A DNA stretch of 64,000 bases from contig JAQGDQ010000906.1 of the NCBI GenBank assembly GCA_030141605.1, positions 17,654 through 81,653 of the forward strand, in the 5' to 3' direction. Shown piece after piece: positions 28,613-41,668 of this stretch. A program made the position numbers and the translations under genes. This DNA comes from Tubiluchus corallicola (taxonomy: Eukaryota > Animalia > Priapulida). The notes under the pieces are model-generated. The model was not told the origin of the DNA. It searched no databases and saw only the letters and a program-made list of their open reading frames with translations. The number at the start of each line of letters is the position of its first letter. The first letter of the stretch is position 1.

Positions 28613-29344
28613 CGTTTTACTGCCGAGTTTTAATCCTAGAACTGCCTCAAGCGTGAACGTAACACGTCAAACATTGCCAAGTTGTAAAATTTACGACTGT
28701 AGCATTTCTACAGAGAGTTTCAGTGTACTGGTAATTGAGCTGATGGATCTTAAGACATTACTTTACTTACGGAAAACACCATCTGTACACTAGGGTGCAG
28801 CATGGACAACATTGCGTAGCTCAGTTTTAAAGTTACGGTGGACGAGCAGATAACAACAACAACAACAGTTTTGAGATAAAAATTGAAATTTTACATTTAC
28901 CATTTTGCTCACGTGGATTACGTCACAAACGAACATCTCTGAATTGAGAGGTGCAACACCTACCACTTTGCTCACGTATGAGTGCATTACGTCACAAACG
29001 AACATCTCTGCATCAAGAGGTGCAGCACTTGATCACTTGTTATGACTACGACTAACACTAACACTAACACTAAGACTACATACAAATAATAAAAGAAAAA
29101 ATTTGGCTGAATCAACGAAAATCTAAAACATGGACGATGATTTGATATCTCCACAACACTGATCATAGCAGCAGCACAATCTAACCACGTTTGATGAAGC
29201 CATGCTGTAAATTTATGTTGATTCGGGCTTCTTAACACTTTTAATACATGATGCTTCAACAATCGGGGCCATGCTTAGTATGCTACTCAAAGGTCTGAAA
29301 AAAGAAACTGCTAAAATATTAATATTTTTGTAATCAGCGCAAAA

Positions 29345-30151
<807 letters not shown>

Positions 30152-31198
30152 AATAGATGATATTAGTCATGCACAGTTATTTACAAAGGTAAACAGGACG
30201 TGCTTAGCAATAGACTAACTGAACTGTAGTCTAGGATGGCAGATTTCAAGAACGAAGTTGCTTAACTGCTTTGTGTATCTTTTCATATTCATATAAACCG
30301 CGTATTTTATAACATACCACAATTCAATTCAATTCAATTTTAATTTATTTATCTCTTTATAATACTATAATAAAACATGATTAATAAAAGAATCGCAAAT
30401 AAGTTTTGAAGAGTGGATAAAATGAATAGATAGATTTAGAACTAGTGAAAGGATAGCGAAAAGACAATTCAACTCAATTCAATTTTAATTTATTTATCTC
30501 TTTGTAATACTATGATAAAACATGATTAATAAAAGAATCGCTAATAAGTTTTGAAGAATGGTTAAACGCTAATATATACAGGGTAACAAACAATTTTGAA
30601 ACAAATAGAATTGTTGTATAAAAAGGTAATGAAGCACGAGCAGTTACACAAAATGCAAATTCCATTCAACTCTTTTTATTAACTCTGCAAAAATTATCAA
30701 ATTATAGTATAAAGAATATACAAACCTTATGTTTGTAGCAAAGTAAAAGGGTGGCGAAGAACCCGTAGGTTATCTAGTCAGCCACCCTTAAATAGCTAGG
30801 ATTAAATAAAATTAATTTTGGCACTGGTCTCAATTTAAATTTGTATTAGCATCACATGTGTTACTGGCCTTTAAATGACGGTAATACTGTAGAACGTAAT
30901 AAAAATAATGTAAACAAGCAAAATTTATAATTCTAAACTAAATCATTTGAGGCGAACAAAAGAAAAAAAATCACTTAAAATTTTAACATTATATATGCGT
31001 AATTTGAGCATTAATTTCAATATCAGGCAAAAACAAAAACTAAAGAATGGTCGACTAAAGACGTAGTAAAAAAGAAGTTAACAAATTACACTAAAGAAAA
31101 ACCGGAGCTAAAAGTATATATATATATAATTAACAGTAACCATGTTGATACTATTTAACAGTACAAAAAACGGTATAGTAATAAAATTGTGTACAAAC

Positions 31199-31319
31199 CT
31201 ATTGTCAGAGAGATAGCCAAAGCACCAACGAGCACAGCCAACAGTCGGACGCATACTGGATTGCCTCTTTTAAAACTTGTGCTGAAATTTTCGCTAATTT
31301 TTTCCCATTTATTAGCCAT
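31199..31319 (-). CDS. Predicted first coding exon of DUF4419 copy A: MANKWEKISENFSTSFKRGNPVCVRLLAVLVGALAISLTI (cytoplasmic tail plus start of signal anchor)
   Basis: Good Kozak context CCAACATGG and a phase-1 donor G|GTTTGT. The hydrophobic run continues into the 5165 exon. A GC-richer promoter-like stretch lies upstream at ~31380-31490. Confidence 0.55.
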
Positions 31320-32345
31320 GTTGGTTCATTTCTTACAACACTGCTCGCACAGTCTGTACTAGTCTGCTGGTTTCTGCTGGACGTCCCGCTTTTTTCAGAC
31401 GCAAATCTTTTTAAACACATCCGCCACGGCCGGCGCACCGTCTACACTCGAATTAGAAATCTTGCTGCGACACTGTGACAGGCGTAGCTACTTTGTTTTA
31501 CAAAGATCATGCATATCAATCGACTTCGTTCTGCAATAAAACGACAATAATTAGTTTAAAATAGTGCGCAGAAATCTCAGCTAAATTATGCTAATTGCTT
31601 GATGTTTCAATCGTTTCAATGATAAAGAACATGTGTGATTGAAGTGCTGAATCATTCTTATCTACAGTTTTAGATTCGAATCGAGTTCGAACTAAAAAAC
31701 TCGTTATAATCGAATTCGATACGAACGTTCGAACTCGAACGTTCGATGCTCACCCTTAGTTGCTACTGCAACACTTGCTAATAAGAAAAATTATAATTAT
31801 TGTTAACTTTGCATTACACACTTAAAAATTATATTAGGAATAGCTAAGTATATGTGAGGTTTGCATCATTAGTAATTTATAGTTAAATCGTTTTTGTCGT
31901 TTTTTGTAAGAAGTCTGTCTGCCGAACACAAGCACAGATATGTTCCACGTCTTTCGCATGCAGCGATAATTTGCCTTCCAATTACGTTGTGAACTTAATT
32001 ATGATTACGTGTCGTCATTATGATACATGAAGTGAAGTAATTTTTAGATAGTTACATGTACTTCAGTTGCAAATTCCTGAAGTTAAATAATGTTATTTCA
32101 TGCAGTTATTATAATCTGAAAATGGTTTTCAAAAGGTGGTCATCATAAAAATAATATTTTATGTTATAAATTATCTTTTACTTAACATTTTTGTTATTAG
32201 TCAGAATCAGGCATTGTTACACACTAGCTACTTGCAGCTAATAAAAATTGGTATATTTGTTCATGGCGACACATATACAACCCACACAAAAAATAAATGT
32301 ATAAAAAAGTTGAAACATTTTCCTGTGTTATACAACTATTATACT

Positions 32346-32869
32346 GGTTGGTTGGCATCCTTCTGTCTCGGAAGACAATGGAGTGTGCGCCAAGAGAGTC
32401 AGTTATTGATCACATTGATGGAGCTGCAGCGTCGACTGTGGCTGAGCAGTGCGATCCTTGAACGTCTCCAGGGCGCACGCCTGGGCAAGGTGTATGGAGA
32501 TCCAAAGTAGCCCAGACAGCAGGAACCCCCTCTCTTCCTCCCTGGTGTAGTCCAAAGAAAAGCGGAGCGATATGTTTGGCTCCTTGTTGGCACCAGGTTG
32601 GCTGCCGGAGTCAGTGAGCATGGTGCACTGGTCCGCCCTCGGAGCTCCACTTCTGATTGGAAGGTTTACTCCTCTACACATGACTGTTGGATCACTTGAC
32701 CTCCTCTGCCCTCTAGTCGTTGGCTGCTTGTGCAGCACCTCTGCCTAGTGTCGAGATACAGTGTGGGCATCCCGCAAGCCTGCAGCACTTGGTATTCCTT
32801 GGCGGTCACCCATCCAAGCACTAACCAGGCTCTACGTTGCTTAACTTTGGTGATCAGACAAGAACTGGT
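32346..32869 (-). mobile_element. 5S-rRNA-headed, bipartite RTE-derived SINE-like element (SINE3 type)
   Basis: 32869-32776 is a degenerate 5S fragment (nt ~27-120) joined directly to a ~430-bp body. The body ends in the RTE ORF relic SRIALLSHSRRC and the tail GTCTTCCGAGACAGAAGGATGCCAACCAACC. Confidence 0.75.
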
Positions 32870-33669
32870 CACCTCTATAACATACTGAAGAATGTCATAA
32901 TGCAATGAGCTGATGTTTAAATGATGCTATGTAAATTTACTGCACAGTTTTATTATTTGCGTTTTGTGTGCAAATTCAGTTCTTGAATAAATTTACATAA
33001 ATTTGGGAGTAAAATCTGATGACGTTCGCTTAAAAGCTAAACAGAAAGTGGTAGATGTACTGTAAGTGATGTGTTTCTTTCTCTTGGACGGCTCTGTTGT
33101 GTTTTGTTTCTGTCGGAAGGTTCGTAGAGAAAACAGGAAAATACATTGTCAAATTAAACTAGTTTATTGTGTGAAAATTCTACAACACGAAGTTTGAAGG
33201 AACGCGAAATATGTACAGTCAATGTGATAATCTCGAAACATGAAAGCGAGAGTGAGTGTGCACATCTGAGAATCTGGTAATCGGAGAATAAAACTGAGCG
33301 GCCAGCTCCGCCTTATGTATCAATGCAAATGGACAACACCAGAACAATCTAGAAACTACCACTTGTATCGCCTATAGAAAGCTCTAGAATCAACCATTGC
33401 TTCTACAAGGTAAAAAGAATGTTCTACTATACTGTAGCATCTCCACAACACATACATACGTACATACATAATCTTTACTTACTAAGAAGTATTAAAGGTT
33501 TTTTACAATTTCTGCACTACTTCATTAAATTGCACTGCCCGAATCGCCTGTAGAAAGTTCTAGAATCAACGATTGCTTCTACAAAGTAAAAAGATTGTTC
33601 TACTATACTATAGAACATTCTACAATTTTCCATTCAGTTCTAATGCTTGCTAGCGATCTCCACAAAACA

Positions 33670-34386
33670 ATTTGGAAGTAAAATCTGATGACGATTGATG
33701 AAAAGATAAACAGAAAGTGGTAGATGCATTGTAAGTAAATGCATTTCATGAATAAATTTACATAAATTTGGAAGTAAAATCTGATGACGATTGCTTAAAG
33801 CTAAACAGAAAGTGGTACATGCATTGTAAGCAAATGCATTTCATGAATAAATTTACATAAATTTGGGAGTAAAATCTGATGACGATTGCTGAAAAGCTAA
33901 ACAGAAAGTGGTACATGCATTGTAAGCAAATGCATTTCATGAATAAATTTACATAAATTTGGGAGTAAAATCTGATGACGATTGCTGAAAAGCTAAACAG
34001 AAAGTGGTACATGCATTGTAAGCAAATGCATTTCATGAATAAATTTACATAAATTTGGGAGTAAAATCTAATGACGATTGCTGAAAAGCTAAACAGAAAG
34101 TGGTACATGCATTGTAAGCAAATGCATTTCATGAATAAATTTACATAAATTTGGAAGTAAAATCTGATGACGATTGCTGAAAAGCTAAACAGAAAGTGGT
34201 ACATGCATTGTAAGCAAATGCATTTCATGAATAAATTTACATAAATTTGGGAGTAAAATCTGATGACGATTGCTGAAAAGCTAAACAGAAAGTGGTACAT
34301 GCATTGTAAGCAAATGTATTTCATGAATAAATTTATATAAATTTGGAAGTAAAATCTGATGACGATTGCTTAAAAGCTAAACAGAA
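33670..34386. repeat. 96-bp minisatellite, ~7 copies (a single copy at ~32985-33066)
   Basis: Unit AATTTGGGAGTAAAATCTGATGACGATTGCTGAAAAGCTAAACAGAAAGTGGTACATGCATTG... Confidence 0.95.
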
Positions 34387-34387
34387 G

Positions 34388-34447
34388 GTGGGGTATCCTG
34401 TGCATTACTGAACGTTCTTAGACTTCGATGCCACACTCTGTTCACAG
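34388..34447 (+). CDS. Candidate upstream exon of DUF4419 copy B: (G)GVSCALLNVLRLRCHTLFT(G)
   Basis: Consensus donor CAG|GTGAGT in phase 1, matching the 36899 acceptor, with a 60-nt open frame. The acceptor side is weak because it abuts the 96-bp array. Confidence 0.3.
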
Positions 34448-34639
34448 GTGAGTATTCTGTGTCACACTCTGTTCACAGGTGAGTATTCTGTGCCACACTC
34501 TGTTCACAGGTGAGTACGTGTTAATCTTTGTTGATCTGCATCTGTACTTGATTCACAGTGTTTTACTTGCTGACGTTTGTGTTCCATTTGTTAGTAAAGG
34601 CCAGACACAATTTCCAATTTTGAAGATTAGTATTATTAA

Positions 34640-35341
34640 CTCCTTCAGCGCCACAAGTGCTGACTGCATTTTGCGTGGGTGTACGAAATGCTTGATAATT
34701 ACATTATATTTGATAATTTTCGTAGGTTTCTATTTTTCACACAGTGGATTTTGATGAGAAATAACATGTGAATTGCATTTGCTTACCTTAGACAAATTAA
34801 AAATCGATTTTTGCTGAAAAAAATTTAAAAAAGCTTTCAGTAACTGCAGCATTTGCACTTTACCAATGTACAGAATCACTTGTGAAATTTGTTAATGTAG
34901 AAAATTTCAACTACCCAGGCGCAACTCTGTGATAAACTTTGGCCTCATATCTACTCCATTTCCAAGGAGAAGTTCCTGTTAAAAGATAAAACGACCTTAG
35001 TTTCTTTCTGGGTGCATGATGGTTTTTCCTGGAACTCCGTTCAGCAGACAGTTCTCTTGGGCTGTAGTGAGCAGGCGATCAATAAAATTGTGTGTACGAT
35101 CACGCTAGTGTACACTACTCAATAGGCTAAGTTGAAGTGCCTGAACAGGGCGTGTTTGTTTTAATTTTAGCCAATTAAACCACTTACAAATGTTTGTACA
35201 AGTAGCACGATTGAATAGCTGAGATTCTCCTGAATAGAACAGTACTCAATTTGTAATCATTTAGTTATGTCTGTGATCATACAGTAGCAGAAAGTCGGTG
35301 GTTTTATAAGACCAATTTTTAATGGTGCAGTCCCGAATGAG
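34640..35341. mobile_element. Degenerate piggyBac-like element
   Basis: TTAA|CTCCTTC...GAATGAG|TTAA, with a short imperfect TIR. Confidence 0.4.
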
Positions 35342-36302
35342 TTAAATAAACATAAGGGGCATTTGCCAGACATGCGTCATGTATTACTGCACATCTAGCT
35401 ACGTATATAATGCAAATGACCGATTGCAATCAAACAGTAACAATTTTTTACGCAAAACAGCATGACGAATCTTGGATATTTGGTAAAACGCTGCTAGGCT
35501 TGTTATCAAGCACGAGATCTGTTGCTGTTAATTTACTGCTATTAAATACGATTAATATCTTCCTTGCTTTAGATTTTCCAAAAACATTTTTTGGTATGTA
35601 TTTATTATTATTACTATTAAAGATGGGTAATATCTTCCTTGCTTTAGATTTTTCAAAAACATTTTTTGGTATGTATTTATTATCGTACACGTCCCCTACT
35701 GGTACTGAAGCACTGTTAACAAGGCTTACATGTTTTTTCTCAAGTAATTATTCTTATTTTTAGTCATTTCTGACCACAATTGGCTTGTAATAAAAATAAC
35801 GTTATGTTTTTACATATCCATATAAAGCACCATTTCTATTCTATTCTATGAAGCTACACCAGTGTCCCGTTTAATGCCTTTTTACACTGTTACTGAGGCA
35901 AGGATTTGTCTATGTCAAACAACCTCAAAAAATGCCAAACTGCTATACTTTGCTCATTTATGCCACAAGCTGCATGGCAATGCTGATTCATTTTCATTAT
36001 GTAGTGCTGTGAAAATGCTCTATTTCGTCACCTGATTCAGATGAAAAATGCTTGATTAGTTACATCAGGTGCTGCTGGCCAAACCAACCCACTGCTATAA
36101 ACACTCTCCAACTCAGCGAGTCTGGCATTATGCGGGTGGCTAATAATAACTCACTTTTCACAATTTGTGCCAAGTAGCTCTTACTGTAATTGTACATCAA
36201 TTATGCTTAACTTACATGCTGGCAATCAGTTGTGACGACAGCATTGTCTTTTTTGCTCAAGAGTTAGATGTAAGTTACAAACTGGCTTTGCGAAAGTTTA
36301 TA

Positions 36303-36798
36303 CGGTCAAACCTCGTTATAACGCCGGTTCTGGGACACCAGTAAATATGGCACTGTAGCGGGGTTGGCCGTAAGGCAAGCTTCTTTAAATAGTAGTAGTA
36401 GTAGTAGTAAAATATCAAATATCAAAGCCATTCCTAGTTTCTGGTTAATTTTAATATGTCACAAATAGTATAATACCGTTATACCTACACCATTAAGTAA
36501 GGAATGTACCAGCTCTGTCTCAAACACCAAGACGACAAGAATAAATTTAACAACTTTATTGTAACTCGCAAAGCAACGAGGTTGTAACTAGAATGATGAG
36601 CGCAACGGAACAACAAAGAAGTTGAAAACAAAAGGGCGACTTTGCAAAAGGGATAAAGTTGATAACACTAACAACACGCATGTATACTGGCGCTACAACA
36701 TCACAGGTGTTATACTTTACATTTTTGCCGCATTAACAAAATTAATGGTGAAGCTGGCTTTATAATGGGGGAGGGGGCGGTATAACAAGGTTCGACTG
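36303..36798. mobile_element. pogo/Tigger-like MITE in the intron before DUF4419 copy B
   Basis: TA|CGGTCAAACCTCGTTATAACGCC...GGCGGTATAACAAGGTTCGACTG|TA. Confidence 0.75.
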
Positions 36799-36898
36799 TA
36801 GAATTACAAGGAAGTTACTCAAAATTTTTACACCTGAGATATTATTCATTGTTTCCAGTTTGTGCAGTACAGGTCACTTGACATTTGACATGTTTCAG

Positions 36899-38112
36899 GT
36901 AAAGCAATCTGTCCAGATAGTGGATTTTCGACTGTTTTTGTTCCCGCCGAAGAATTGAAGTTGCCAAAAGTTATGGATAAGGGCATGATAATAAAGGCAT
37001 CATCTGTGCCACAAGCAGAGCTTATTACACGCACTGGGGAGATCAGGCTTCATAACCGTCTTGCATATGATCCTAGAGGTGTACGAAAGGGTGAATCATG
37101 CTGTGAACAATACAGAGATGTGGAGCAGATGTATGCTGAGTATGACAGCAATACATTTAAGCCAGTGCGCGAAGAATTTTATGAAGCAGCCATCGAAAAC
37201 CCTCTAGTGAAAATGTGCTTGATTGGTTTTGGCAAACATCGACCCATTGCGATCACTCCAGACTTGTTGTGGCATTACATCAGAAATGCAGTGGCTGTAC
37301 ACATAAATAAGTTCCCGGAGGAATTGCGCTCGCTGTTTGTCGAACACGAAGGAAAGGTTGAGCTGATTGTGCAACGGAACGACTTTGTGAGACGTGGGAT
37401 AAATGACTGGCCATCGGTGTTCCATGAATTCCGAGAGAAGATTGAGGGGCATCTCAAGGAAAGTGCGAAGCCACTTTTATGTGAACGATTTAGTACCACG
37501 ACAAAGACCTGGTATGACATTTCTAGTATTACTTTGATGGATGCTGTGCAATCATATTTTGACTATACATTGTGGACTTCATGTGGAATACCAAGCGTAA
37601 CTTTGCTGGGTGGGTTAGAAGACTGGCAAAAGCTGCGAAATGCCACAGAGAATGTTCTGAACATGTTTCGGGGTATGCCCGGTGGAACAGATTTGGAATG
37701 GTGGAGAATGAAACTAATACCTGTTCTTGAGAGGCTTGTTTACAGCTACAAGAACCCAGAAGATCCTTCAGTGCAGGATTGGATGGCTAAAATATTCAAA
37801 TACAATAGGGAGTCTGGGTTCAGTGGAATCTGTTATGTCACGGGATGGGTAAACGTGTTCTTTCCCTACTTGGGCACAAGTCGAATAAATCCTTTGGTTT
37901 CCCGTTCCTCCGGAAGAATTGAGGTCAGTGATTTCCCTGTGGGAATCTCGCGAGCTCCTTTTACCTGGTTCTATTACGAGGAAGAATTCAAAATGGACTT
38001 CTTGGGAGGACCTTGTTGCATCACCGAGCAGGTAACTGAGGAAGGTTCGGCAGCGCCACTCGGGTGTTTGCACATTCAACCAGGTTGGGCAGTAGCATAT
38101 CAGCCACAATAG
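36899..38112 (+). CDS. DUF4419-domain protein, copy B, terminal coding exon
   Basis: Paralog of 1373-2616 with the same motifs. The track start at 36955 is TTG, and the frame stays open back to the acceptor TGTTTCAG|GT at 36899 (phase 1, the same phase as copy A). Confidence 0.9.
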
Positions 38113-38211
38113 ATCACCTGTCAGACTCACTAGCAGAGGCAATGTGATAGCTCTTGGCCAAAACAAAAAGCCTGTCTTTTAAGTTGCTAACTTGCAGTTT
38201 GTTGTTAAAAG

Positions 38212-38618
38212 TAGGGGTGAGCATTCTCTACCAGAAAGCGAATTCGAATCGAAACGAATTTGTGACTTTCGAATTCGAATCGAACCGAACTTTAGTGTTT
38301 CGAATTCGAACCGAATTCGAATTGAGATTGAACGATTTTCGAACAAGTTTTCGAACCACCAGTAAAAATTAGTCTTACAAAGAGCAGCCATATCACTAGA
38401 TTTTGTCCTGCAATAAGACGACTAGTAATTTGTTTAAGATTGTGCGCAGAAATCACGGCTAAATTATGCTAATTGCGTGATGTTTCAATCGTTTTAGTGA
38501 TCAGGAACATATGTGATTGAAGTGCTGAATTATTCGAATCTATAGTTTTGGATTCAAATCGAGTTCGAACTAAAAAAACTCGTTCGAATCGAATTCGAGC
38601 GTTCGATGCTCATTCCTA
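38212..38618. mobile_element. hAT-type MITE family B, inverted copy, 8-bp TSD GTTAAAAG
   Basis: Reverse complement of 5238-5639, with the TSD at 38204-38211 and 38619-38626. Partial copies at ~31495-31758 and ~49340-49620. Confidence 0.9.
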
Positions 38619-38741
38619 GTTAAAAGGCAGGTTACCAGTAAGATGGACTGCTGGGATTTGTGACCTACAAATGTCACATAATTTTCCTAGAGGCCTAGAG
38701 GCTGTACAAATGCAAATCTGCTGCTGGTAATGTATCTTGTA

Positions 38742-40117
38742 CATAGAGAAAAGCTGATGTACAATTAAAATAATGCATTAGAGATCAATTTTTATTATTA
38801 TAAAAAAGCCTATGTATTTATTGCAAATATAATTTAAAAGCAACTCTTGCCAAGGCGTACCTTGTACACCAAAATGATCCCATATGTGTGACTTATGTAA
38901 CCTATTCGTGTATTAGTTTTGAATTGGCCAGCTTCTTTCTTCAAAAATTTAGTATCATCTGCCGACACATGTACAATATGACCGAGAAACTGCAGTGCGT
39001 TTATTTTACCATATTTTAACCAGCGATTTGCAATGTCACGTGATTGTCGCAAGAGCAAAAAACTTCCAAGGCGGGCAAAACTGTTGGGCTAGCTGAACTC
39101 TCATCATCTCTTGCTGTTCTTCACCTGTTCAGCTCTCCTGCATTGGTAGGCTCCGAGTTTTAAAGTTTAAAGTTCGCAAATCTTTAGGCTGCTGCTTCTC
39201 TTCTTGGCTCACTCTCTTCTTCTCTTCTCGTCTTACCTCACTGCTTCTCTTCTCTTTTTGCCTTACCTCACTTCTTCTCTTCTCTTTTTGCCTTACCTCA
39301 CTTCTTCTCTTCTCTTCTCACCGAATCTTTCAGCTCAGCTTGGACAAGCCATCTACTGCTAAGTGAGTGTCAAACATTCACTCCAATTTTATATACTCCT
39401 CCAGTTTATTTCTACAGTCGACCTAGGCGATAAGAAACCCAGCTTTTAGTCGTGCCAGCCGCTCAATGACGATATATATATATATATAGAAGTGAACTAA
39501 ATAATTGCTTGTGGTGTGTTATAAAAAACGCACTTCATGTGAATATGAAAAGGTATGCACTTTTCAAGAAAAAGAACTTTTTAACACTAAGCCCCTAAAA
39601 TATGATGCCCTAAAAATGATGAAATGATGACCAATCCCACGAATACTTCACACCTAAAGTATACAAAAATGCTAAATCCCATCAATTCAATAACCTTCTC
39701 CTTCGACGTAGGCGATAAAAAACCCAGCTTTTAGTCGTGCCAGCCGCTCAATGATGAGAGTCGAGCTAGCCCAACATTTTCGCCCGGCTTGGAAGTTTTT
39801 TGCTCTTGCGACAATCACGTGACACTGCAAATTGCTGGTTGAAGCATGGTAAAATAAACACACTGCGGTTTCTCGGTCATATTGTACATGTGCTGGCAGA
39901 TAATACTAAATTTTTGAAGAAAGGTGTTATGCAGTTCAAAACTAATACACGAATAGGTTACATATGTCACACATATGGGATCATTTTGGTGTGCAAGGTA
40001 CGCCTTGGCAAGAGTTGCTTTTAAATTATATTTGCAATAAATCCATTGGCTTTTTTATAATAATAAAAATTGATCTCTAATGCATTATTTTAATTTGTAC
40101 ATCAGCTTTTCTCTGTG
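38742..40117. mobile_element. Foldback-like element with ~365-bp inverted arms (CAYAGAGAAAA termini, TA flanks; CMC/EnSpm-like)
   Basis: 38742-~39107 is the reverse complement of ~39752-40117. The track's near-identical ORFs 38834-39058(-) and 39800-40024(+) reflect this. Confidence 0.8.
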
Positions 40118-40261
40118 TATAAGCAACAGAAATTATTTTAAAAAAATTGTCTTAATAATTAGCTATTACCTAACAATTTGTTACTTATTTAGCTAAAACA
40201 AATTGCAGCTTCAGCTGACTTAGCTGATTTTTTCTTTAAACCAACTCAGCTAAAAAGTCAG

Positions 40262-41020
40262 TCAACTTCAGTCGAGCTAGCTGATTTACTGTGTGAGTCA
40301 GCTGATGTAGTAGCAACTGACTCAACTTTAGCCGAGCTAGCTGGTTTACTGTGTGAGTCAGCTGATGTAGTAGCAACTGACTCAGCTTCAGCCGAGCTAG
40401 CTGATTTACTGTGTGAGTCAGCTGATGTAGTAGCAACTGACTCAACTTCAGCCGAGCTAGCTGATTTACTGTGTGAGTCAGCTGATGTAGTAGCAACTGA
40501 CTCAACTTCAGCCGAGCTAGCTGGTTTACTGTGTGAGTCAGCTGATGTAGTAGCAACTGACTCAACTTCAGCCGAGCTAGCTGATTTACTGTGTGAGTCA
40601 GCTGATGTATGAAGCAACTGCCTCAACTTCAGCCGAGCTAGCTGATTTACTGTGTGAGTCAGCTGATGTATGAAGCAACTGCCTCAACTTCAGACGAGCT
40701 AGCTGGTTTACTGTGTGAGTCAGCTGATGTAGTAGCAACTGACTCAGCTTCAGCCGAGCTAGCTGATTTACTGTGTGAGTCAGCTGATGTAGTAGCAACT
40801 GACTCAACTTCAGCCGAGCTAGCTGATTTACTGTGTGAGTCAGCTGATGTATGAAGCAACTGCCTCAACTTCAGCCGAGCTAGCTGATTTACTGTGTGAG
40901 TCAGCTGATGTATGAAGCAACTGCCTCAACTTCAGACGAGCTAGCTGGTTTACTGTGTGAGTCAGCTGATGTAGTAGCACCTGACTCAGCTTCAGCCAAG
41001 CTAGCTGATTAACTGTGTCA
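40262..41020. repeat. 60/61-bp minisatellite, ~12 copies
   Basis: Unit CTCAACTTCAGCCGAGCTAGCTGATTTACTGTGTGAGTCAGCTGATGTAGTAGCAACTGA. Confidence 0.97.
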
Positions 41021-41330
41021 GTGTCAAAAAATTCGTTTTTTGTACTCCAATTAGCTTGGTTTTGCTGTTAACTATATGCGATCTGTCGCCAGCAAAAGCC
41101 ACCATCTGTCTGAAGGCAGGGATGTGCAGAACATTGAGATATGCTTTTAATTGTTGCCAGATGCAACTATGTTGCATGCGTTAACTATAATAAATGCTGT
41201 ATAGTGAACATATTCCCCAATAATTTCATAGTCAGCTGTAACGTGTTAACTAGATGTCTTGCATTGATGACATTGTATGCGTAGAAAATATTCAGATGTG
41301 ATATGTTATGCAGACAACTTGTGTATAAAC

Positions 41331-41668
41331 CATTATGTGCACTGATGATGTGTTAACCAACCGTTTAATATGTGGAACATTATGTGCACTGATGATGTGT
41401 CAACCAACCGTTTAATATGTGGAACATTATGTGCACTGATGATGTGTTAATCAAATGTTTAATATTTGGAACATTATGTGCACTGATGATGTGTTAACCA
41501 ACCATTTAATATGTAGAACATTATGTGCACTGATGATGTGTTAACCAACCGTTTAATATGTGGAACATTATGTGCACTGGTGATGTATTAACCAACCGTT
41601 TAATATGTGGAACATTATGTGCACTGATGATGTATTAACCAACCGTTTAATATGTAGAACATTATATG
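41331..41668. repeat. 47-bp minisatellite, ~7 copies
   Basis: Unit TTATGTGCACTGATGATGTGTTAACCAACCGTTTAATATGTGGAACA. Confidence 0.95.

Noticed and set aside
32331-32890. Target-site duplication around the 5S-headed element
   Set aside because: Only a degenerate CTAT..ATACTG match on both sides, too weak to call.
33758-34324. 188-aa hydrophobic repeat ORF; also 40236-40868, 56520-57312 and 3325-4329
   Set aside because: Open frames produced by tandem repeats, with no splice or homology support.
38834-40024. Pair of near-identical 74-aa ORFs on opposite strands
   Set aside because: A consequence of the foldback arms; non-ATG starts.
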